DNA of 64,000 nucleotides from Veleropilina oligotropha (Eukaryota): NCBI GenBank assembly GCA_048128005.1, contig JBEUKZ010000058.1, positions 1 to 64,000 of the forward strand, read 5' to 3'. Shown piece by piece: positions 32,460 to 39,964 of this stretch (position 1 is its first letter; each line of letters starts with the position of its first letter). The notes under the pieces were generated by a model. It saw only the letters and a program-made list of their open reading frames with translations, ran no database searches and was not told where the DNA came from. The position numbers and the translations under genes were made by a program.

Positions 32460-33773
32460 ATGGCGAAATTCGAGAACCCCGCATTCGAGCCGGACGATCT
32501 CATCGACAACGATGATACCATCATCGACGATACTGATGTGGATCTATCCACCGACCGGTTTATGCCTGTTCTTTCGGAACGGCCACAGGAAGGAACCAGC
32601 AGTCTTCAGCAAGAGCTCGTTCAGGGCGTGGTTGACGACTACTACAAAGCCCTGGCACAGGAGGGGCAGACCCCAGCCACGGGGCGAGATTATTCAAAAT
32701 TCAAGTATGTGAGGGGAAAATTAGGGAGGGGGGGGAAATTGGTGATGACGGACTACCCCGACATCAATCTCATAAATTCTCGCACCGGCAACCCCTTGGC
32801 GTTGTCAACAATAGCTGGCCGGCCTGGTGGGGGTGATGCAATCCGTGAAGGGTTGGGTTTTGTACACTGGACGCGGGGGGAAAAAAAGCTGGCCTCAAAA
32901 GCGGTTGCAGTTCTTCAGGCAGCCGACACTGAGTTGAGCGGTGCGGCCGCTAATGTCGAAAACGTAGAACTGCGGGACTTGGGGCAGACTGCTACTGATG
33001 CCTCGGTAGCAATCCACACGATGGAGACGAAATTCACTGATACCGAGGTTGAAGAGATCTTAGGCACAATGGGGGACCCTCCATTAAATCTTCGCGAGCT
33101 TCGCGGACTTGACAAGGCGATGCAGACCATCCGAGGCGAACTAACCAACAATCTAGCCAAACTAACGGCGCTGGACGAACACATAGAGCTGGAGAAGATG
33201 AAGCTCGATCAGGCAGATGAAGAGGGCGGTGTGGATGAGTTCATCCGTCGACGGATCGCGGAACGTCTGCGCGACCTGAATGATGAAAGAGCAGCTCGCC
33301 TAGAGGCAGCATCATCAAGCCGGGAGGCCCTTCGCTCTCAAATCAGCCGGATCCGAGAGATGATAAGTCGGATCCTGAACACCGACACAACGCTGGCCGA
33401 GCGTATCCGGACCCTGTTCCGCGAGCAAGGGGTTACGATCGCAACAATACTGACCGCTATCGGGCTCGCCATCTCGACTTTGGTACTAGCCCTGACAGGT
33501 GGAGCGCCGAGCATACCACCAACACCACCACCTCCCAGTGGTCAGGGCGGGGTCAAGGAGTGGGTAAAAAAGCAGCTGAAGACCCTGGGTCGGATTCTGG
33601 GCAAACTAGCAGGGAAGGCCGCAGCCGCACTCCCAGGAATACTTGGAAGCCTGGTCTCCTGGCTAATCAACCTGATTGGCAAGACTGCGTCGTGGCTCGC
33701 CGAAAACCTGTGGGCACTGGTCATATCAGTTGGGGGCTTGCTTCTTATTGCCGCTAGACAGTGGGTCACGTAA
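32460..33773 (+). CDS. Coiled-coil membrane protein with Pro hinge and amphipathic C-terminus
   Basis: Acidic N-terminus, long heptad region, TM segment VTIATILTAIGLAISTLVLALT, PPTPPPPS, then amphipathic/hydrophobic helices. Confidence 0.8.
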   Translation: MAKFENPAFEPDDLIDNDDTIIDDTDVDLSTDRFMPVLSERPQEGTSSLQQELVQGVVDDYYKALAQEGQTPATGRDYSKFKYVRGKLGRGGKLVMTDYPDINLINSRTGNPLALSTIAGRPGGGDAIREGLGFVHWTRGEKKLASKAVAVLQAADTELSGAAANVENVELRDLGQTATDASVAIHTMETKFTDTEVEEILGTMGDPPLNLRELRGLDKAMQTIRGELTNNLAKLTALDEHIELEKMKLDQADEEGGVDEFIRRRIAERLRDLNDERAARLEAASSSREALRSQISRIREMISRILNTDTTLAERIRTLFREQGVTIATILTAIGLAISTLVLALTGGAPSIPPTPPPPSGQGGVKEWVKKQLKTLGRILGKLAGKAAAALPGILGSLVSWLINLIGKTASWLAENLWALVISVGGLLLIAARQWVT

Positions 33774-35049
33774 GCCAAATAAACGCTAGACCAACGACAA
33801 TGCCGCCCACGATAAGTGCGGTTTTCTCCTCGTCATGTGCCGCTGGAACAGCCGCCACTGAGGCCACAGTTGGCAGAGAGCTTGGATGCTTCGGAGTAAC
33901 TACCGGTATGCTTGCATCTGCGTCTTGTGGAATAACCAGTCCTGTTTCTCCAGTATCCCCAGTGGCGTTGTGCGGCACAGGATTGGCCGCGTTCACCGTA
34001 GTATTAAGACCGAGTGTCTGGGCTTCCGTGGCAACGACGATCTCATTGTTATAACCAGCCACCTGCCCGATCCGTAGAAGCATGTTACTTGGCGCCATGT
34101 ACAGGCCAACGCCGAATACGAAGTCCACTTTGGACCTCGCATACTGGAGCACCTCTTGGTACCGTTTGATGGCTGCTGGGAGGTCAACGGGGGATGCGAT
34201 GGCGTCTTCCACGTTCGCCAGGAACTGTTTCTGTGCGTCAAACGCCGTCCCACTACCCAGAATACTTGCACGCGTTTGAGCCTGCGCTCCAAGAATAGCC
34301 CAGACGTAGGTCCTGATGGAATCATTGAGCCTTTCCACGCCGGCCCTCGTGAATCCCACCGACCTGTCCAGAATAAAAGTAGCCCAACCGTTTTTAAGTG
34401 CAGGCGCTTGCGCGATGTAGTCCACGTGCAGATTCGTGTTGGTCGTACCTTTGGTGAAGGACATTCGGCTTGGATCATAGTCACGTCCGATGGGGTGGTA
34501 GCCGTTGTTCGTCCAGTAGCTGTAAGCGGTGCCTAGTCCGCCGTTGGGACCCTTGACACGCCAGTCGGTATGGGGAGACACCCCAAATTCGCTGCAGATC
34601 TTCTCATATGCCCTGCGGTCATACGGGTTGTCGAATGCATCCCACGTCCGGTCCTGTGGCAGCGGCGCCTGAATTTCGGATAAGATTCGTCTGACCTGAT
34701 AGTAGACGTGGAAGGTGAATACAGCAGTGGAGAGGGGGTCGGTCGCATTTAAGTGGTCTTCTGAGGAGATTCCGGAACCTGTTGTGGCACACCAAACTGC
34801 GAAATTGACCTTGTTCTGCCAGAACCTCATCGGCGTGCTGTTCCAATCCCTTATCAGCCCGTCACTAGCGACATGAGGGAGGCGGTATTTCTGAAAGACG
34901 TCAGGGTATGTTGCCCCGAATGTAGTGGTTGAGCTATTACCCACATTGATGCTTGGTCTCGTAAGCTGCTCATCTTTGATCTTTGCTGGGTACACCACAC
35001 CGGTCGGATAGGCCGCACTCCTATTAAACGCAAAGGCGCTCTTAGCCAT
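33766..35049 (-). CDS. Hypothetical 427-aa protein with C-terminal transmembrane anchor
   Basis: Long ORF with an aromatic-rich globular region, a low-complexity stalk and terminal ALIVGGIVVGLAFIWLT. Confidence 0.8.
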   Translation of the reverse strand: MAKSAFAFNRSAAYPTGVVYPAKIKDEQLTRPSINVGNSSTTTFGATYPDVFQKYRLPHVASDGLIRDWNSTPMRFWQNKVNFAVWCATTGSGISSEDHLNATDPLSTAVFTFHVYYQVRRILSEIQAPLPQDRTWDAFDNPYDRRAYEKICSEFGVSPHTDWRVKGPNGGLGTAYSYWTNNGYHPIGRDYDPSRMSFTKGTTNTNLHVDYIAQAPALKNGWATFILDRSVGFTRAGVERLNDSIRTYVWAILGAQAQTRASILGSGTAFDAQKQFLANVEDAIASPVDLPAAIKRYQEVLQYARSKVDFVFGVGLYMAPSNMLLRIGQVAGYNNEIVVATEAQTLGLNTTVNAANPVPHNATGDTGETGLVIPQDADASIPVVTPKHPSSLPTVASVAAVPAAHDEEKTALIVGGIVVGLAFIWLT

Positions 35050-35056
35050 AGCTACT

Positions 35057-35797
35057 ATGTTTCACACATTAACAAACGTTCAAGAGGGGACCGCGGTTGC
35101 CCTCCTGGAGCCGATTGATAACCGGGACGGCAAGCTATGTGTCAGCTTGCAGTCGCTCGACTATTGGGTAGGCTGGCACAATGTGCATGCCGGAGCCTTC
35201 TTTAAGACCCCGGATACCACGGTCGACGTGGCACCAGGTTTCTACAGCTTCGATGACCTCGCCAAGACGATGAAGAGGTCGCTAGTTAACATACAGCTAG
35301 ATGTAAGCCATGCTACAGGGCTCGCCCGAATCGTGGTCCCAGAGGGGACTCGACTCGCGATAAGCGACGATATACGAAAACTCCTCGGCTTAGACCTCTC
35401 TTCGTTTATTCTCGATAAAGCAGGGAATCTGAACCAACCGGTTCGGGGAGTACAGGGCCAACCACCTCCCCCTCCGGAGAGATCCGAGTGGCTACGCCCT
35501 GGGACTTATGACGGGAATAAGCCTGTCGGGTTTGCCATAGCGCCAACCCTGCACGTTCACCTGGAGCAGCTTAGTACAACGCACAATGTGCAGGACGGCG
35601 CCCCGAGCACTATTCTCGCGGTGGTCCCTATCACGTCGCAGATGTTCGGTGAAGCTGGCCACTATCATAGCTATCCCGCCGGCCGGCGACTACAGGCCGG
35701 GCTAATCACAGAGTTGAAGGTTTACGTCACAGACTCAGATGGTAAACCGCTCGACAATCACGGTATGCCTATTTCCGCAGTCCTTGCGATACAATGA
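35057..35797 (+). CDS. Putative minor capsid protein (penton, single jelly-roll)
   Basis: VAPGFYSFDDL and C-terminal LHVHLEQL...STILAVVPI...ITELKVYVTDSDGKPLDNHGMPISAVLAI, a pattern typical of Polinton/PLV minor capsid proteins. Confidence 0.8.
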   Translation: MFHTLTNVQEGTAVALLEPIDNRDGKLCVSLQSLDYWVGWHNVHAGAFFKTPDTTVDVAPGFYSFDDLAKTMKRSLVNIQLDVSHATGLARIVVPEGTRLAISDDIRKLLGLDLSSFILDKAGNLNQPVRGVQGQPPPPPERSEWLRPGTYDGNKPVGFAIAPTLHVHLEQLSTTHNVQDGAPSTILAVVPITSQMFGEAGHYHSYPAGRRLQAGLITELKVYVTDSDGKPLDNHGMPISAVLAIQ

Positions 35798-36144
35798 GCA
35801 GCATCTACGGGACCCTGCTTGCAGACGAGCCCTCTTCCCCCCCGACCCGGTGGCACTTTGTCCTTAATTGTGGGGTAGCGCCCAATAAGGGGCTGGCGAG
35901 GAGGGAGTTCATGTTTCCAAACACTAGAGGTCGGTTCGGGTTGAACCCAGCCCTTCTAATGATCCACCTGACGCCGGTCCAGCCGGCCGGGGGCCCCAAG
36001 GCATGTTCCATAAGTAAACTCAGCCTGGATTCGGATAAGTTAACCCTCGCCTTTGTCATCAAGGCCCCGTGGGTCGGCACTCTGTATTTGAACGTTACAG
36101 TAGACATTTTAAACAAACAGGCGGAACAATACAGCCACGTATGA
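35794..36144 (+). CDS. Hypothetical 116-aa beta-rich protein
   Basis: ATGA overlaps with both neighbouring genes. Confidence 0.7.
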   Translation: MSSIYGTLLADEPSSPPTRWHFVLNCGVAPNKGLARREFMFPNTRGRFGLNPALLMIHLTPVQPAGGPKACSISKLSLDSDKLTLAFVIKAPWVGTLYLNVTVDILNKQAEQYSHV

Positions 36145-36776
36145 TGGACAACAAACCCTCAGCGCCAACGCTGTACCCACAGCTTGGTGGCGATGTGCCT
36201 TCGGAACTGCATGAGGCACAGTCCTTCCGACTACAGAAAGTGAATGAGCTTCAGGGACAATTAGAACGAGAGAGGGACACACGGGCTGCATTATATAAAA
36301 AGTACCGACGAGGTGTTAACGTCGTTGACGGGATAGATAACGGGCTAGTCGTCGCCACACTTGGTATGGGTAGCGCTGGAATTGGTCTACTGTCCACAAT
36401 TGTAGCCGCCCCGATCGTCCTAGTGCTGGAACTAGCGGCATTAGGGTGTGGGCTCGCTAGTATGGGTGGAAAGTATATCAGCCGGCGCCTCGGGGTGAAG
36501 GCTAAGAAACACGACGAGATTCGAGTCCTGGCCGACAGCAAGCTGAATACCATAACCGACCACGTCTCAAAGGCATTATCGGACGGGGTGATGTCTGATG
36601 ATGAATTCCAACTGGTCACAGGGGAGATGGAAAAATACCAAGCCATGAAGGCATCAATTCGGGATAAGAGTAGGAAGGCGCACACCGCGATTTCACAGAC
36701 CCAGAGCGAGCTTATTGAGCGTGGTCGTTTAGAGGGTCGTGCAGAGCTGCTGAAAAAAATCGGAGCTGGCGACTAA
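36141..36776 (+). CDS. Helical-hairpin two-TM membrane protein (SLATT-like architecture)
   Basis: Coiled coil, Gly-rich hydrophobic hairpin (LVVATLGMGSAGIGLLSTIVAAPIVLVLELAALGCGL), then KKHDEI...ALSDGVMSDDEF. ATG at 36141 or 36144. Confidence 0.75.
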   Translation: MMDNKPSAPTLYPQLGGDVPSELHEAQSFRLQKVNELQGQLERERDTRAALYKKYRRGVNVVDGIDNGLVVATLGMGSAGIGLLSTIVAAPIVLVLELAALGCGLASMGGKYISRRLGVKAKKHDEIRVLADSKLNTITDHVSKALSDGVMSDDEFQLVTGEMEKYQAMKASIRDKSRKAHTAISQTQSELIERGRLEGRAELLKKIGAGD

Positions 36777-36858
36777 CTATCCAGGTTGAGCGTAGCCACG
36801 ACTACCCCGCTCCTCCCCCGTATTAAAGCTAGAAATCGACAGTGATATCTGGACAACC

Positions 36859-37290
36859 ATGAAATCCATGAAATCTATGCTACTGTGTATTGCCGCGGTG
36901 TGCTGGCTAGGGGGTGTGTCTACCCAGGCGTCGACACACAACACTGCATTAATTCTGGAACATACGTGGACTAGGTACCGAAATCATCCCAGGTATAACC
37001 CCCGATTCGATCACTTGCGAAGAAACTTGCTACTACGCCCGGGTAGAGACCCCACCCCTGATGTCTCTCCACCGTCATGCCACTATTTTATTATCGGAGA
37101 TAATGACTGTAGCCCTGCCACACCAAGAGATACTGTCACATGTGTCCAGTGTTCGACCCCCTCGTTATGTCCTGGAAAAAATGGGGAGTATTATACCATG
37201 CTGTCTGGCTGCTTCGGTGTGTGGAGAAAAGTCGGACAAATCTCACCCTGTAATTGTACTTTAATATCGGGTAACTATATATTCATATAA
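36859..37290 (+). CDS. Secreted cysteine-rich prepropeptide (cargo gene)
   Basis: Signal peptide MKSMLLCIAAVCWLGGVSTQA, basic pro-region ending RPGR, 8-Cys C-terminal domain, ATTAAA just downstream of the stop. Confidence 0.7.
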   Translation: MKSMKSMLLCIAAVCWLGGVSTQASTHNTALILEHTWTRYRNHPRYNPRFDHLRRNLLLRPGRDPTPDVSPPSCHYFIIGDNDCSPATPRDTVTCVQCSTPSLCPGKNGEYYTMLSGCFGVWRKVGQISPCNCTLISGNYIFI

Positions 37291-37878
37291 ACCAGCTGCT
37301 CCTGCATTAAAACATATTTTTCCGGCTTTCCCCTGCGTATATTGTACCATTCAAAGTTGGTTGAAGTTCACGCAGGGGCTGCTTCACCTCTTTGTCTGAT
37401 TGCGCTTGTAAAAAAAAGATAAAATTGAAAAAAACTCGAAAAAATATTCTGTTTATTATTATTATTGCTTAAGTATGTATCATTGATGTCTCTCCTGTAT
37501 ATTCTTGTGTACATTGTACTGTAATATTAGTTATAGTTTGTACTGCGCTTAGAGCTTCACTAGGAGAGACATCAATGTATTAAATAATAATATTAATATC
37601 CCAGTCAGCTATCTTGCCCGATTTATGAATGGCAACAGTCGTTAAAAGCATGACACGCCATTTCTATAGTACTATAGAAATGCTGTCTGGCTGCTTCTGC
37701 GCGTATGAATGAAATACCTCGCTGTCCCGAGTCGACCCAGATATACAAAGTTACTGGATCAAGTCAAGAGAGATTGGCCCAGATTTCTTGGTCTGGTCCC
37801 CAACATTTTGTTTGGCACAGAAATAATATATCGGTCCCCGTGTTTACATGGTAGACCGTAATCTAGTGGAGTCATGGT

Positions 37879-38067
37879 CACGTGGCAATGAGTTTCTAGA
37901 AAGTTCAGAAATCGTCAACAAGTATGTGTACGTGGAAAGCTCTAGAACGAACAGAGCTCGTCAACAAGTTATATATGGAAATGTGTACGTGGAAAGCTTC
38001 TAGAAGGCTGTAGAAGGCTGGAGGGGATTAGTGATATGAGTTTCGGCCGAAATGTCCACAGGTAAGT
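37879..38067 (+). promoter_or_regulatory. Candidate stress-responsive regulatory cluster (heat-shock elements, ACGTG boxes) next to the right TIR
   Basis: TTCtaGAAagTTC at 37894-37906, GAAagCTCtaGAA at 37935-37947, TTCtaGAA at 37998-38005; TACGTG at 37929 and 37986; CACGTG at 37879. Confidence 0.4.
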
Positions 38068-38103
38068 GTTTAATTTAATTTACTATTCTAGGCTACCCTA
38101 GTT

Positions 38104-38381
38104 TGTACACACGGTGACTTTTTGTAATACAAGCCCTACCCTCAGTCCCAAAATATAGCTGGGAGCCTCCACAGTGGGCCCCGGGGCCTAGTCTAAACTC
38201 CCCTGCTGACTAGTCCGAGCACCCTGAGTTCTAAACAGGTGCTGGGAGCTGTATTTTCCCATTCTATTAGAGTCCAATCACCCCCCCTGCTGCTGAGTTG
38301 AGATCCATATTAATTCTGAAAAGGTGCTGGGAGCTTTATTTTCCCATTCTAAAAAGTCTACTGACCCCCCCTGCTGCTGCT
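38104..38381 (-). repeat. Right terminal inverted repeat
   Basis: TGTACACACGGTGAC...CTGACCCCCCCTGCTGCTGCT; reverse complement of 22699-22976. Confidence 0.95.
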
Positions 38382-39379
38382 TTCGGCATACGACAGTTGG
38401 ATACTCCTCTTATGCATGAACCTTTAAGAAGTCAATAAGAGACCACCTCCTTGCTGTTATTCTATGATTATGTCCGATATAAGATTGTATTGAGATGCTG
38501 TCCATCTTGTGTTTGGCAGGTCTAACACAAAGACGTCATGTTGCTCTATTTCTCTTGTCACATTAACCAGTTTGTCCGTGTGATATACGGACACCCCACA
38601 GTGCAATCCAAGTTAGTACTATTGTTAAATTTTCCACAGATTCATCCGCGTGTCCATCAACGTTTGGAATACTATATGGGCCTATGACGACAGTGTCTAA
38701 GACTATGGCCCGCAATTATGAAGCACTAGAGCTACATCGCCTGTGTTTCTCCGACGTCCGCCCATAGCGTGACAGAGATCGCGCGCGCGAGAGAGGGATT
38801 GCAGTTTGTAGTATTACATTTGTATGCTACGATCGATTGTTAGCACCATATGTGATTTCTCTATTTTAAAATGGGAGAGAATATCGATTTTAAATCTCTG
38901 ACGTTGCAGAATAGATACCGGAAATCGGTTGCTTCGTTCTACTGTTGGCCCTGGTTCTGTAGTAGGCCCTAGCCTTCGGAATATTTTCTCTATAGTGACA
39001 TTGTTTTGAACAAACCATTGGATGTAAGATGCGCAGCCATCATATACAATCCGATATTACCTTAATAAAATATCGTTCATTATAATTCAAACGTCTTGTA
39101 TTATCACGTTACGTATAAGGCAACTACATCAGCATTCACACCAGCCAAATTATTGACTCTTTTGTTATACTTTGAGCATAGTTTGCAAGCATTGTCGTCA
39201 GAACTTGGAAAAGTGTGACGTATGTAATGGTTATCATTATGGTTTTCAAAGAGACGCCTGAATTGACGTGAAGAATTTTTGCAGAATTCCCTTTATTTCA
39301 AATTCTGCTACAATTAAATGATCAGGGTTTGAACTAAGAATGTGTTAGATGACTATTTCTAACCATTTACACCAAATAC

Positions 39380-39640
39380 TGCCGCTTCGATAGTACAGTG
39401 GTATCGGTTGTGGACTCCGAAAATCACTGACTTGATTTCGCTGACGCGAACAGTAGTGGGTTCAAACCCCGGAAGGAGCACACATTTGTTCAAATTATGA
39501 ATCACATTTGTCCGTAACTGGTCGGAGAGGGCGGGTTTACCCGGGCGAACGGGCTTTCCTCTCGCGATAATACGGACATGTCCTGCTTTGAACCAAATGA
39601 TAGTTGGAAATATACAGGATATTAAGCATCGATCCTTACC
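39380..39640 (+). mobile_element. tRNA-derived SINE (same family as 20331-20583)
   Basis: High similarity to 20331-20583; B-box GGTTCAAACC. Confidence 0.65.
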
Positions 39641-39689
39641 TTTCGTTCGCATCAACACTCCATTGTCAATAGTCATGGCATTGAGTATA

Positions 39690-39964
39690 CTAGCTATGGT
39701 ACCCGTCTTCGCCGGGCAAGTCCCCCCACCCCATTTTTTTTTTTTTTTTTTTTTTGGATAGTGCTCCCTTAAATTTTTTTTTTTTTTCCCGAATTTTCCG
39801 AATTTTTTTCGTGGTAAACCTTCCTTGGGGGACCCCGATTAACCCCCCAAAGTTTGAAGGTCCTAGGTCAAAGCGTCTGGGAGGAGTTCAACTTGAAACA
39901 GACACACACACAGACACACACACAGACACACACACATACAATTATAGCTCCATTATATTAAGAT
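39690..39964. mobile_element. Short Helitron-like non-autonomous repeat
   Basis: Near-identical to 45408-45660; begins ACTAGC, contains an ACAC microsatellite, ends TAAGAT. Confidence 0.55.

Larger units (their letters stand above)
22699..38381. mobile_element. Endogenous Polinton-like DNA virus / Maverick-related self-synthesizing element, ~15.7 kb, apparently intact
   Basis: 278-bp TIRs with 5'-AG...CT-3' termini, an abrupt shift to GC-rich intronless gene-dense sequence, and integrase, packaging ATPase, capsid-like and PolB-helicase ORFs. Confidence 0.93.

Noticed and set aside
23458..34846. Many antisense or alternative-frame ORFs overlapping the element's genes (e.g. 23908-24693, 29403-29936, 32125-32712)
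   Set aside because: Shadow ORFs expected in GC-rich coding DNA; no motifs, and they overlap better-supported genes.
22699..38381. Bacterial prophage or contaminant contig joined by mis-assembly
   Set aside because: Matching TIRs with a probable TSD, an rve integrase and Polinton-type capsid/ATPase genes indicate a genuine eukaryotic integrating element; no typical phage head-tail genes are seen.
22693..38387. Canonical 6-bp Polinton TSD
   Set aside because: The 6-bp flanks of the symmetric TIR ends (GGCTTT vs TTCGGC) do not match; only a 5-bp GCTTT duplication fits.
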